From: Amoebophrya sp. A120
Lineage: Eukaryota; Protista; Dinoflagellata
Assembly: GCA_905178155.1 (NCBI GenBank)
Contig: CAJINV010000016.1
Coordinates: forward strand, 124,001-188,000
Length of the DNA: 64,000 nt
Direction of reading: 5' to 3'
Below, piece by piece: positions 12,130 to 25,937 of this stretch; the first letter of the stretch is position 1, and the number at the start of each line of letters is the position of its first letter. The notes under the pieces are model-generated. The model searched no databases, was not told the DNA's origin, and saw only the letters and a list, made by a program, of their open reading frames with translations. The position numbers were made by a program, and so were the translations under genes.

Positions 12130-15100
12130 TTATCCTGTGATATCCTCTTCTGTGCGTTCGCGCTGAGGTTTCTTCTCCAACGAGCACACCAGACGGAACA
12201 GCATCGGCTGTTCTTCAAACCGCGTCTGCTGCATTTTGGGCTCTAACGTTTGCTCGATGTAAGTTTTTCCATTTTTCGGATTCGAAAACTCTGTGGCGGA
12301 GTTCCCAACGCTCCGACCTGTCAGATTCGTCCACCAGCGCGATTTCACATATCAAAAGGAAAAATCCCCCCTCCCCATATTGACGAGGCACGTTTTTGAA
12401 AATTTGCGTTGCTGATTTGTGATCACGAATCGTCTCTGTGTTGTATGAAGGCAACTCCACAGGCTCCGCCGCATTCTTTAGGCGGTTTGTCATGCTGTTG
12501 CACCTACAGCGTAGACGTCTATCATGCGAAGCGCCTAGGCCAAAACCTGTCTACTCAGGCTTGATATGGGCCTGCAGTCCTCGCCAGCAAGACAAATCTG
12601 ATTTGTGTACACAAATCCAGCATCAGAAACTTCGTTTTGATATGGGGCGGGGGCTTTTTTCACTTTGATATCACACTCACATTCACCACCTTCTGGTCTT
12701 GCGTTGAAAAGGCCTCGAGCAGCTTGTTGACGAAAGTTTGGCAATTATTTCCACCGGGTGCGAGGGCACTGTAGTTCGTGTGATCGAAGCCAATTGCATC
12801 GGCGACCTCGAGAGCGAGCTTCCTCACATCCTCCAGGGATGTAAATCCCTTCGCCTGTATCTCAAAATCCGGCATAGGCTCCTCTTCGGGATCTCGATTT
12901 TTGAGTGCGGGATCAGGATTCGAAGGTCCGGGCAGGTTGTGATCACGCAAGAACTTCGGCGTTCCGAGGCGAGTCTTTTCCAACAACTTAGTCGTGCTCT
13001 GCAACTTTATTTCTGCCAACTTCCTCCTTGCGATTGCCGCGCCTCTTTGTCTCAGGAGAGAAGCTTTTCTTGTTAGGCTTTGCAGCAGGCCCTGTTTACT
13101 TACACTTTCCAGTTTTTTCCCAATCTCTTCCTCCTCCTTCGTCGCTTCTTCAATCGTTTCTTCTAAGTCGAGTTTTTTTTTCCAGTTTTTCCCGAACAAA
13201 GACAGCACCTTGAAGCAAACAAGTGACTTCATGGGCGACGGAACTGGGTCCGGTATCCGCAGTGTCATCCCCCCCCAGTATGTGTAGTTTCTCGACAACA
13301 TCTTCGGAACACTTCCCCCGACGAGGTTAGTGTAGAGGGATTTATCATCTTCTTCGGTTTCCGGTTCGCCAGTTGCTAAGCCTGTTGCCACAAACCCGTC
13401 ATGATACATAGCTGCGAAAAAGCGGAAGTCGTCTTCCCAGAGTATTTCTGTTTCAGATGATTCAGAGTAAATTTCCGGGCCACCGCCCGCATTATATTCG
13501 ACTACGATATCTGCAGTTGCCCCCGGTAGTCGAAAAGTGACGAAGTAGTGCTCGATCGGTATCTGTATCAATGTGACAAAAATGCGCCCACTTTCGCACA
13601 TGCAAGTCACGCACTGACTCGCAACAGAGCTTCTGGATGCGAGGATAGTGCTCGTTTATCAAGAAACCTCATCTACTCTCAACTCCGTCTATTTACTTTC
13701 TGAGGCCCGAGCCCGAGCGCGACACTCCCACGAGCCACGGTGTTGCGGCCTGCCACTTTCTACAGTACTGTGTAAAGATAATGGCCCCTTTCGATGTGCA
13801 GCGTCCCGCCTCGCTTTGAAAGTGCGGGAAGATGGAACAAATAGCTCAGAGACAGAGAGGCGGTCGCATCTAATCTAAAAACAACCAGTCATCCTGCTCG
13901 CTCACTAAGATGGGAAAATAGACTTGAAACTCTCGAAATTGATTCCACGGCCCTGCCGGTACCACTATGACAAGAAAAAGCCGAAAGTCAGTGGTCTACG
14001 TCTACTAGGTCTATGCACGTAACATATCATCAGGTTGAGAACAGCAGACTGTCTACTGAAAACATTGCTTTGAATCATGGCGAAAGTGGGTGCTGTCGCC
14101 GATGAGCTTTCATCTTCGTAACTCCCGCAATGGAAGCCATGAGACAACGACGAATACGGATTTTCGTCGTGGTCATACCCATCGGTTGCACAGGGGCGGG
14201 CTGAGGTGATTCAGTAGAATTCCCCGCACCTCCCGGTGCATCAAGCTCCAGCAGGGGAATCACGTGACTCTCAAGGATTTTTTTCCTAAGTTCCAAATAC
14301 TGGAGCTGCTTTTCCTTGTTCTGGAAGCGGCGTTGCTCTGCGTTTTCCCTCATTCGACCATAAGCTTCTTTTGCGCGACCCAGTGCCTGCGCGGCGCGGC
14401 TAGTTGCCCATTGCATGGAGGAGCGCGGAAAAATGTCCAAAAGCGTGGTTGTGTTTGTGGTCTCCGACAAAGCTTTCTGGTCCGGAACACCGCCAGTGAC
14501 GTGCTTTTTCTCCTGCAGCACCACCTGCATAGGGATGAGAAGTTTATGTGTCTTAGTCTTTGTTCGTTGGTATCATGATGATCAGTCGTACAACTATCTT
14601 TCGTTCCTGAATAAAATTGAAGTTCTCCAATTGCACATGCTGCACTGGCAAATTAAGAACATTGGAAATACTTAAGTAAGTAGTGCCTACCGGTGAAGAT
14701 TTTGCCGCCGCGTCCTTGTTGCTGCTCGCCTCCGCAGCTGTTTCAGTTTTGACAGCCTGCGCTTTGTTCGCATTGTCCGCCATGCTCTCGTCCTCACCGA
14801 CTGAGCCAGAGACCAGCGGGTCCTCTAGTACTTGGCGGCCTTCTTGTTGTTTTTCTTGCTCGATGAAAGTGGAGCTCGCGGACGTCGTTCCAGACGCAGC
14901 ATCCTGCTCGCGAGAACCAATCACACCAGTCGCCTCCTCTTGATCAACGTCCTGCTCCCCGTCCTCCAGGCTCGTGGTTCCTGGCGAAACAAGCGCATCG
15001 GTAATATCAGAAAGGTTAAGGTCGGCGCTCGCGTTATGTTCGTCCGTGTTTTGGAGAACGGAGCCCGGCAGCGCCAGCGGCTCCGTCGTGCTGCCGCCGA

Positions 15101-15926
15101 GATGATTTTTCCCTTCAGGAGCCGCTGCAGATGAACCAGCCTGCCCCATGATCCACCGGCCCTTGGAACTACCTGCTTTGTGTTGAGGCGAGGCGCCGGG
15201 ATGAAGTTCAGTAGGTGCAGCTGCGCCTCGGGGAGACAACGACGCTGGAGTTGCTGGTGTGGAATATTACCATGAAAAATCCCCCCACCCCATACTCAAA
15301 GGGAGATTTGTATAGCATGATTTGTGATCACAAATCGCGTTGTCATGCTAGAAGGGAAGAGATGCAGACTTCAGACTGAAGTCTGCATCTCTTCCCCCAG
15401 CCAGCACTGACAGTGCTGGCTGGGGTGGGAAAGCTTTGCGTCTTCAGCATGACAGGAAGCAACTGGAAAGGGGAAACAGCATGACAAATTTCCTGCGAAC
15501 GAAGAAACAGCCGCGTCTTTTGGCCTTCTAGCAATACAAGTAGATTTGTGGTCACAAATCAGCATCACAAATTTCCTTTTTGATATGGGGAGGGGGGATT
15601 TTTCGTTTTATTGATATGGAAGCTTCAGAATTCTTCTCCCCACTTCCACTCGTCGTGGAGGAAAATGCTTGCCCGAGATCCCGATCCCACGCTCCTTTCC
15701 CGAAAAGCCGATCCCACACCGCGATTGCGGGTAGAGGGCCATCGCAGGCAAGCAGGCCGAGAAGCATGTTCGTCACCACCGCACGAGGATGAGCGGACGG
15801 GGGCTGCGACGGGGCTTTCCTCTGTGAAAACCGGACAGTACTAGCTCGCAGTCTACTCATCGAGCTGGTAGAAGATGCTCGTCCTGGCGAGGAGATTGAC
15901 TGATGAGGAGTCGTTGGCCTCGTCAT
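12130..15926 (-). CDS. Array gene A: putative secreted protein with permuted papain-fold (PPPDE/LRAT-like) domain
   Basis: Leader NMLLGLLACDGPLPAIAVWDRLFGKGAWD; IEHYFVTF...IVVEY and NYSALAPGGNNCQTFVN motifs; introners 15265-15616 and 12350-12670; GT-AG intron about 14525-14690. Other junctions and the 3' end are uncertain. Confidence 0.65.
12350..12670. mobile_element. Introner, family I (TATCAAA.G.AAAAA.CCCC..CCCCATAT TIR)
   Basis: TSD TCACA; removal gives VNVSV|KSRWW. Confidence 0.85.
15265..15616. mobile_element. Introner, family I-like
   Basis: TSD TGGAA; absent at the equivalent position of paralogs B and C. Confidence 0.85.
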
Positions 15927-16011
15927 GATTGATTCTTGATTTTTGATTGGGGAAAACAAAAAAAATTCAAGTTTTCAGCTTTTCAAGACTAAACCGAAAT
16001 GGGCGAGTCCC

Positions 16012-16805
16012 GGTCCATCGAGTTCTGCTTGATGTCACTGTTATTTTTTCTTCTCCGCAAACGATGTGAGCAATCACAATCTTGATTTGTTAAGAATTAT
16101 ATTAACAAACAATTCGACGTGATGCATTGGCACTGGCTTTGTCCCGAAAATAATTCAGATGTTAAAAAATGCCAACCACGACGACACCGACAAGGAAAAC
16201 GACAAATTGACCGCGTACATAAAACCGAAAAAGCTTTTCAATGTCTGAAACCAGAAGTAGCAAAGAACCGATAGTACTGGAATATGAATACTCGCAAAGT
16301 AACGGATGTTGTTGACCGTCGAGAAAATGTAAAAACTGCTCCTGAGTAGAGGATGCATTCAAGAATCATGTTGTCCATGTGACCGATAGAAACACGACGA
16401 TCACGACCGATAACTTCCTGCTTCTGTCGTGATGGTGCGACAGACGGCAATTAGACTGTCAGAACGAGGACCGAAAGCGCTCGCGCTCTACCATGAGGAC
16501 CGAAGAATTATAGAAGTATTTAATATTGGCTGTGCTGCAGCATTTATTTATCGACAGTCGAAGACCTTCACAGCGGAATGGTCTTCAGCATCGACAGCCC
16601 GGGCGAGAAACAAAGATGCTGCAGTAGCGAACCGCGCTTGAAGGTCGATACCAATAGCAATAGCGCGTTTTTTCACAGCGTGTGGACTACTTCTACTAAT
16701 CTTTCAAAAGCTGCAGCAGGTTTGTTCCTGTGAACTATTTCGTTTCGCTATGCTCTAGCTCAAGCTCAGCCCTGCGAAGCGGACCCAGCAGGAGAGCCGG
16801 CTTCT
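16012..16805. repeat. Upstream block duplicated at 5740-6750
   Basis: Direct sequence similarity. Confidence 0.85.
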
Positions 16806-16879
16806 ACTTGTTCTTTTGTTTTTTTCTTGAAGAGTAGTAGACCATTGTGATTGATAATTCGATATTTGAGACTTATTTC

Positions 16880-17700
16880 GGGAAAGGCGGGGGTGGACAC
16901 AGAATAGCAGGAGATGGAGAAAGCAAACACAAAGACTCAAAAAAAAATGGTGAAAAATATTGATGTTACATAGAGAAGCGACAGAGGAAACTCTGTATAG
17001 CGATATGAGGCAAAAGATGAGAAAAAACAAAAGTGCAAGAACTGTCAGTCAATTATGTTGATAGATACTGGTAAAAATGGTAAAAAAAGGTAATACAGCT
17101 CAACGGCGTCATCAAATTCAGATTCGAGCGAGTTCTTTGGCAGGTCGTCGTTGTTTGTTGTAAAAAATGCAAATCGGTATGGCCCTACAAGGTCAGTAAC
17201 AAGCACATCTGATGTGCTTTATATGTATAGCACGCGCTTATAAGTGATAGATTGTGGTGAAGAAAATGCAGATGAAGTCATAAACTAGAATACAGCAAAA
17301 AACGTTTGAAGAAAAGAAAGCTGCCGTGAATGAAAGTCAAAATCTCAATGTCAGCTCGTGCTCGTTAGATATTTCAGATGAAAGTAATAGCTTCTTTATT
17401 TTTTTCAGCAGGCTGGAGGCGTCAATGAGGGCTATTGCAGCTGCTGTTTATTGCCCTTAGTGTTGAGCTTGGGACAAGTACATCATTTACAGTTAGTCAA
17501 TGAGTAGCGATGAAAGCGAGTACATCATATCCGAGGTCGAGGAGTGATAACAGATACGAAAAATCTTTGCCGGCGGTTGCAAATGTTTCATCAGAGCGGA
17601 CAACAAAAAAAAGAAAGCGGAGAAGCGAGATGCTGAAAACAAAAATTTGAAAAAAAAGTCTTCACATGAGAGAGTGTACTTACCTCGCCTACGTAGCGTT
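16880..17700. repeat. Downstream flank of gene B, similar to about 22140-22690 (flank of gene C)
   Basis: Shared AGATGGAGAAAGCAAACAC, AAATTCAGATTC.AGCGAGTTCTTT and CTTAGTGTTGA.CTTG. Confidence 0.75.
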
Positions 17701-17756
17701 AACAGAAACAGTAAAGATAATTAAAACGCACATATACAAATTGTTCCTCCCCACCG

Positions 17757-20700
17757 TCACTTCCCCAGCGCCGATTCCGCTTTCGGCACGGCTGCAGGCA
17801 CAAAGTCGAGTGCTTTAAGGCCTCCATCTTGCAATTATTTTTCGTCCTTTTGCTGACCGCCACCTTCTTCCTCGTTGCAAACAATGGTAGCCGCGCCAGC
17901 TCCTGTACTAATTTGTTCGCGGGTCTTTTCATCCAAGCCGGAGCCAAGTGTTCTGCCCAAAAGAAAATTCGTCATCCTCGTGCGTTTCCGAGCCTTAGGA
18001 GTGTTGTCCTTCCCACTTCCTTGCTTTTCTTCTTCCGGCAGTAAGTCTAAATACTGCTTCAACTTACTTCGATTTTGCTCGAATTGGGCTGTGTACTGTG
18101 CGATATCGCTTGCGGTCTCTTTTTTTCGGTCTTCATCATTGTGTCTGTCTTTGGCTGCCAGCTTCTTCAACGAGCACACCAGACGATGCAACAGCTTCTG
18201 CTCCGTCACGAGCTTTTCGCGAATATCGGGCAGCAGCTTCTCGCTTATGTACGCTTCTGCATTGTCCAGATTCGAAAATGTCTTAGCACCCAAGCCGCCT
18301 GGCGACTGACCAGTTAACCGGCGGGAGTGCGCTCTGAAATTCACCTTCTTTTCTTGCGTCCGGGGCTATTGAAAGGAAGACATGTCTGGGTCTGGGAGGA
18401 GAAACAAAAAGAAGTGCTTTACTAAAACAATAAGCGACTGCGACAATAATGTTATACATACATTTTTCACCATTATTATGGGCATCATGATAAGTACGAA
18501 CTTTTTATTGCTTGGTCGGCGCTAAGCAAAATGGTGAGTCGAATCGCGTACGCGTTTATTTCATCTTTCGCTTTCCACACGACTGTATATGAAAATCAAA
18601 ATAAGAATAACTCGAACTCCAGGCAGAAGCATCAAAAGAGCAGCACCCAGACGCCTCAAATTGCAGACACGGAGACGGACCTCCACTCAGACATACTTAG
18701 TTTGCGACCCATAGCACCACGTTGGTGATATCATTGGCAAACGTTTGGCAGTTGTACCCGTAGGGCTGGAACGCACTGTAACCTTCCCTAGTGAAGCCTT
18801 TCCCTCTGGCAACATCGTCCGCGAATTTCGTCACATCGTGCACGTCTTTGAACCCTCGTAGTTGTAGCACAAAGTTGTCCGAAGGTTCTTGGCCCTCGGG
18901 TTTTTTCAGATTGAGCTTCTGTATTAGAGTTTTTGCGTCAGTCACCTGCCTTTGGGCTTTGACGAGCTCCTTGCCTCCATCTTCCATAACCATTCCAAGT
19001 CTCGGTCCTGCGCTCCGCAATTTTTTATCCGCGATACTCCATTTCGTGGCAGCCTTCAGAGCTGTCTCAAGCACTTGCAAACAAACCTTGGACTTCATTC
19101 TTCCGCTGCGGGCCTCGTCGAATCCTAGTTCTTTCAGAACCTGCTTTGTTGTGGGGTCGACCATTTCCTTCGGATAGTCCCCCTCCTCGTAAACATTAAC
19201 ACCAGTTTCCGTCCCTTCGATCCCGCCTCCATATTCTACAACAATCTCCTTGGGTTCGTGTTGCTGTTGGTCCGGTAGTTCGAAGGTAACGTAGTAGTGC
19301 TCTATTGGTATCCCAATTTGTATGGAGGAGAAAGATGGTGTGCTAGCACACCTCAAGCCGCAATTAGGCAGCTTCTTTCGTTGTGTTTTGTTTTCGCGGA
19401 GCTGCACTGTCGACCACAGTGGCAAGAATCCCCAATGAGCTGGTGGTCTGTGCTCGAATTGTTCATGCATCCATGCAAAGGAGAAGTGGCAGACATCATT
19501 TCGCTTGCTTTTGAAAAAACCTCCGAAGGGTGTATAGAAATAACTAACGAAATTTTAAAGAAGCTCTCTCGGCTGGGAGGTGTGCCTGGCACGGGATGTG
19601 CGCTCGTCTGCCATGATACATCCAAGACTTCCAAAATTGAAGCTCCAGTCCACGCCAACGCCATTCAAGTTGAAGCTGTCTACTGAGGCGAAGAGGCACT
19701 TCCTGACACGGAAAAGCGTGGTCTTCTCGCCTTTTTCAGTGGTCTCTTTGTCTTTCCCATCAACGCCAATAACGTGCTTCCGCAGTATGTCCACTCGCTT
19801 TTCCAGCCACTCCCTTTCACGCTTTAGCTTGGCAATTTGCTGTTTTTCGGCCGCGTGGAGACCCTTTCTTCCAACCTTTGCAATCCCTTGTTGTATCTCT
19901 CCTTTTTTGAGATCATCAATGAGCTCACTGCCGACCTCTTTTGCGCCCTTCCACGCCGAGGAATTTACAACTCCCTTTCTCGTCGCTTTGGCGAAGTTTT
20001 TGGCGCCCCGGAGTGCTTCCATAGTTGTCCTGGCCGCAGAGGTAGCTGCTTGTTTTGCTAGGGCCCTCTTGCTGACGGGTAGTTGTGGCAGGGGCCCTGC
20101 TGGTAAGCCGGCCGGCGGAGCACGCTGGCCGTGGTGCAAAACCTGGTGTCGATTTATTTGAGCGAAGGAGGAACTTGTCCCCGACGTACCCTTCTCCATC
20201 TCCGTCACCCCCGGCAGCTTTTTGTTCATGTTCTTCTCCTCGACCTCGTCGCCTTCACCACCTTTCTTCGCGACGAACGAACTGGAAGCGGATGAGGGTG
20301 AGGTTGATGTGGCCACCGATTCTTGATGTTCGGGTTGTGCTGCCGTCGCCGTGTTTGTTTTTTCTTTCAAAACCACCTGCATCAGAAGTGTGGTTTATCT
20401 TTTTCTTGACAGTATCACATTCGTAAACAAGAACAAGAAGTAAAAAAAGGACCTAGAGAGTATCAACACCATCTTCTTTCGTTCATCAATAAAATTGAGG
20501 TTGCGGATCTTCCAATTCATTGCACTTGGTTGCTGCACTGGGAATAGGTGGACATGTAAAAAAATAATAGTTGTTCCTACCGTTGAAGATGATTTTTCCG
20601 CCGCGTCCTTGTTGCTGCTCGTCTCCGCAGCTGTTTCAGTTTTCACAGCCTCCTCTTTGTTCGCACTGTTCACCATGCTCTCCTCACCGACTGAGCCAGA

Positions 20701-21429
20701 GACGAGCGGATCGTGAAGATCTTGTTTTTTTTCTTGCGCGATCATGAAAGAGCTTGCTGACGTCGTCCCAGAAGGGTGAGCATCACGTGGACCAGTCGCA
20801 CCAGCAGTTGTCTCCTCCTGCTGCTGCTGCTCGTCGAGGCTCGTGGTCCCTGGCGAGAGCGGCTCGGCATCCGAAAGATCGGCGCTGGCGTTATTTTCGT
20901 CCTTTTGCAGAGCGGAGCTCGGCGGGGGCTGCGAGTCCTTCTCCATGTTCGACGTCGTGGTCGTGCTGCCGACTTGATTTTCCCCCACGGCCACTCCAGA
21001 CGAACCAGAGCCAGACGCAAAGCGAGCCTTGGAACCCCGGAGCCGGTATTTGTGTTGAGGCGGAGCTACGGGATGAACTTCTTCAGTCGGTGCAGGTGCT
21101 GCTGCGCTCCGGGGAGATAACGACGGCGTGGCAGCTCCAGTGTTCTTCTCCTCGCTTCCACTTGTCGTGGAGGAAAACACCTGCCCGAGATCCCGATCCC
21201 ACGCTCCTTTCCCGAAAAGCCGATCCCACACTGCGATTGCGGGTAGGGGGCCATCGCAGGCGAGCAGGCCAAGGAGCATGTTCGTCACCACAGCACGATG
21301 GGCGGGCGGGGGGTGCGAGGGGACTTTCCGCTGTGAAAAGCGGACAGTAGCTCGCAGTCTCATGGGGCTGGTGGATGTTGCCGGGGAGGACGAGATTGAT
21401 TGATGAGGAGTGGAGGTTGTCCTCGTCAT
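17757..21429 (-). CDS. Array gene B: paralog with PPPDE/LRAT-like domain
   Basis: Same leader; IEHYYVTF...IVVEY; GYSAFQPYGYNCQTFAN; LLHRLVCSL; GT-AG intron about 20377-20581. In-frame TAA at 17835 precedes a conserved tail. Confidence 0.65.
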
Positions 21430-22140
21430 GATTGAAGATGCTGGGGGAAAACAAAAAAAGAAATCAAATCTATGTTTAATCGAGTACAGTGCTCCTTTAT
21501 AATTTCGGGAGGGGATGACGAAAACAGGCAGAGCTCAAAAAACAACTACAATGGATGTAAACTTACATGTATAGTGAAATAATTCTCGGTTGAGTGTGTC
21601 TTCGTGGTCTCAATCTCCTGTGACCACTGCGGTGAAATTTAATTGGAAAAAACTGAAAATACTCGACTAGGACTAGAATCTCGTGATGCATGCTTCAAAC
21701 GGATGTTGATGTCCTAGACGGAACGGATTCTTCAACAAAGCAAAATATCGCTCAAGATGCAATCAATATCAAACTTCTATCCACAGATTTTGTTCTACGC
21801 TCAAGATATTCCAACTGGCATACTGCCTCACCGAGCCGTACGAAAAAGTAAGTAGCCACCGACTCCATCACACCACAAGAACTCAACCGATGTACGTTGT
21901 GTGAAAAATAAGCAATGCAACGATACGTCGTCGACATGAAACACGAATGAGACACACACGACATCAACCGACTTCTACGAAATGAACCGACCAGATTTCA
22001 ATTAGCTCATTCCGAAGTAGAAGTAGAAAATTTAGAAAAAACCGAGGAGAAGATAAAGGCTCAGGAGATTTATTTCGCGGACGGAAAGAACCGATGCAGC
22101 TGCTACAACGACGTCACCGACAGCGAAAGTCAACGAATTT
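21430..22140. repeat. Upstream block of gene B, duplicated at about 25940-26665 (upstream of gene C)
   Basis: Shared TCTACGCTCAAGATATTCCAACTGGCA and CCGATGCAGCTGCTACAACGACGTCACCGA. Confidence 0.85.
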
Positions 22141-22742
22141 CGGCTGAGGGGGGTGACACATGTCAGAAGAAGATGGAGAAAGCAAACACTACAAAAATGG
22201 TGAAAAATCTTCTTGACGTTAAAGGAGCGACAGAGGAAAATGTGTGTAGCGATGAGAAAAAAAAATATAACATAGCACAAGTACAAGAACCGTCTGTCAG
22301 TGATACATACTGGGAAACTAGAAGAAAGGAAATCTACAGCTCAGCGGCGTCATCAAATACAAATTCAGATTCAAGCGAGTTCTTTAGATGGTTGTTGTTG
22401 TTTGTTCGTAAAAAATGCAAATAGATTAAACTTACTTACTCTCTTTATTTTCAGCAGGCTAGCGTCGATGAACGGCTTTTATTGCCGCTGCTGCGACTCC
22501 TTAGTGTTGACCTTGAGACAAGCACATCCCGTAGCGCCACTTTGAAATGAGCGAAAACAGACACGAAAAATCTTTCTTGCTGGTTACAAATACTTCATCA
22601 GGGCGGAGAACTGAAAAACAAGGCGGAGAAGAAAGATACTGGAAGCAAAATTTGGAAAAAATAGCCCCGGGCGTACGTACTCTTACTCTAGGTCTAACAG
22701 GAACATAAAACTCGCAAAAATAGTACAAGTGCCTCCTCCCCG

Positions 22743-25700
22743 TCACTTCTCCAGCACCGATTCCATTTTCGGCACGGCTGCAGGCACAAAGTCGAGCGCA
22801 GAACCCTTCTCGCCGTCAGCTTTGGGCGCAAGGTTGTTGCCTTTGTTTGCCGGCGCTGCAATCTCGTTGTACCCGAGGGATCGCTCGTTGGTCTGCGCGA
22901 TGAAGGTAGTTGACTGCGTTTTCATACTAGTATTACTGTCTGCTAGCGAATTTTGCTGCAGAAAAGAGGTCCCTGTCGCAGGCCCAGCAGTCCCTGGCAT
23001 CGCCTGGGGAGCCGGACATTCAAATTCCGGCATGTTCTCGGGCGAGGGTGCGGCGTCAAAGCTTGAGGTCAGAGCACTCATGGCTCTCATGAGCCGACCT
23101 TCCGTCTTCGTCGCCCCCATCGCACTGTCTTGGGGAGCAGGTGCGGCTTGCGATGACTTTTTACTGAGGTTCTCGATTTTGCTCTGGTTCCGGCTGAAGG
23201 CCATTCGATGTGATTCTGATTGAAGCGCGTCTCCTCCTTCATCCTTCAACTCGCATACCAAAGTCTGTAGGGTCTTCTGCGTTCGCAGAAGCGTTGCTTT
23301 CATCTGCGGCCTGATCACGTTAGCCAAATAATCGTCTGCGTTTGCTGGGTTCGAAAAAAGTTCGCTCCCAGCTGTTTGGGAATGCGAGTTGCCAAGCCCG
23401 TAGTCCCATTTTTTTCCACCAAAAACCCCCGCCCTAACATCAGTGATCCAGCTACTGATTTGGCTCACATCCAGCTTATGCTCGTCTTGCGTCCGTAGAG
23501 TGTTCGCGACCTCGTTCACGAAGTTCTGGCAGTTACGCCGTACCGCGTTATAGTTATTGGGTTGGAAGTTCTTCACCTCTCCGATTTTGAGTGCGAATTC
23601 ATTCACCTTCTCGAAAGTGTGTCGAGCCCTGTCACTTTTATCGTGAAACCCGCAATGGGTTCCGGCTCGGGATCCCGAAATCTACCGTGCCTCTCGTCAA
23701 TAGGATTTGGATTGGCAGATGGAGGACCGGGCAACTTCTTTTCTTTTAGGAATTCTGGAGTACCGAGGCGAAGCTGTTCCAACTTCCACTCTGCATAAGT
23801 CTTCTCCATTTCTTGGTACTTTAACTGCGCACGTAAATGCAGAGACGCGAATGCTCCTCCCGGTTCTTTACCTTCTGCTGCTGCTTTATCGGCTGCGTTA
23901 GTGATTTCTTTTTCCAGTTTCTGCATCTTCGCTTCCGCAACCACTTTTTCTTTCCAGGCAGTGCCAAGCTGTCCCAGCAGACCACCCACGCACACCTTGG
24001 ACCTGATCATCAGCTTCGTTTCGGTCATATCAAGAAGGTCGAACCTGCTTGCCAACTTGGTCCCTTCCAGAGTCAGTTTTTGCTTCAGAGTATTCATCAC
24101 ATTCGCATACCCGTTCTCGCTTGTGGTCCAAGTAATATTTTCGAATTCGTAGACTCCAATCCCACCAGCGTGATACTCAACTACGATAGTCTCCTCGTCC
24201 CTACCCGGCGGTTGGAAAGTCACGAAGTAATGATCGATTGTTTGATACCAGTATATCCACGTGAAGAAATGCGCACCCATGCCAACACAAGACTGATTTC
24301 AGTTCCTTTGCAATAAGAAGTCAGGCTTCGCGACAACAGCAATACGTCAAAAAAGTATTTTCATCACCGTTAGAAAAAAAGTAAAGTCCCGCATACTAAA
24401 TGAAGAGACAGAGACAGTGCAGCCTCAAGCGAGCCATGCGAGTCACCAGACACTGCATATATAATCTTCAAAAAAAACATACGAGCTGGAGCATGATATG
24501 CGATACCCCTCAGACGACCGTCTGCACCATGACCATCGTCCACCAATATATCGTGAGTTGCACACGACTTTATCTCCTTTCTTGTGCCATATCAACATCT
24601 TATTTGTTTTCGAATAGAGGTGGATGAACTGTTACTCACTATTTTCAAGGCAACATCTACAACTTGCAAATAATCACTTTTGCTGTGTCCAGTTGTCCAG
24701 GTACATCGATCTACGATGGCAGTGGGTGCCTCTAATCTACTTCGGAATCCATCGTAGCCGCGAAGCCGATTACACACCGACGAATGCGGATCGTGCTGGC
24801 AGCGGTGGAAAGGCTTTGTGCACTGTCGAGGGGTGCGACGTGGTGTTCAATGATTTCAGTCCGCATCTCCAATTCCCGCCTTATTGCGTTTTGTTCCTTA
24901 AGTAGCTTCTGTGCTACTGTTTTCTTGCCCGAGTTCGCTGCGCCAACAGCGAGCTCCTTAGCCTTGGTAGCCACCGCACTTCCAAATCCAACTGCGGCCC
25001 CTTTTAGTTGCGACATTAAATTTGAAGCTGCTGCTCCTGCATGATGTTGTTCACTTTGCAACAAAAACGACGTCGCAACAGGATCGGTCTCGCTTTCGTC
25101 CCCCAGTTTTCTGGCCGTATCGGGACGCTTTCGTTTAGCGGCAAACGAGCTGGAGGTCGTTGCCGGGCTGGTCGACACCGGGGAAGGAGTCGATGCTTCT
25201 TCTGCTACTTCTGGTACTGGACCACCCAAGGTTTCATCTGTTCCCCCGGCTGTGCCGCCGGAATACGCGCCGTTTTGTTGCGCGAAGGCACGAGGTTCCC
25301 GGATCGTGGCTTTCTGTGTAACCGGTTCGGCGGTCAGAGTCGGTGAAGAAGAAGATGCATCAGAAATTATATCCTCCCGAGCCGCTTCGGCTTCCTTGCT
25401 TTCAGCGATAAAGGAACTCTTCGTACCATCCGTCTGCTCGTACTCCACTTTGGGAGGTTCCTGCTTCCCTAGTACTTCTTGCGATTTTTCTCCAGATGAA
25501 CCACTACCGGCAGAAGAAGCTGCCCTGCGCTTCGATCCCCGCAAACGGTGCTTTTTGTTCTCAACACGCGGTGGACTTGTGAGAACAGCCTCCGCTGCAG
25601 CCGCCGCGTTGTTGGGAGACGACGACGGTGCGGGTTCGGAATCGGTGGCATAATTACCGTTGCTTTCCCCTCCCTCACTGGTGGAGAAAACGTGTCCCAA

Positions 25701-25937
25701 ATCGCGATCCCAGGCTCCCTTCCCGAACAGCCGATCCCACACCGCGATGGCGCGCAGCGGTCCTTCGCAGGCAAGGAGGCGGAGGAGCATGTTCGTCACT
25801 CGTGCCCGGTGGGGGGAGTAGTGCGAGGCAGTTTTCCTCTGCAGTGAAAAGCGGACAGTAGCTCGCAGCCTCATCGAGCTGGTGGATGCCGGGGAGGACG
25901 AGATTGATTGATGAGGAGCAGTGGTTGTCCTCGTCAT
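22743..25937 (-). pseudogene. Array gene C: paralog with PPPDE/LRAT-like domain and a frameshift near 23615 (pseudogene or assembly error)
   Basis: IDHYFVTF...IVVEY; NYNAVRRNCQNFVN. ORFs 23603-24280 and 22743-23606 join if one AC dinucleotide is removed. Confidence 0.55.
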
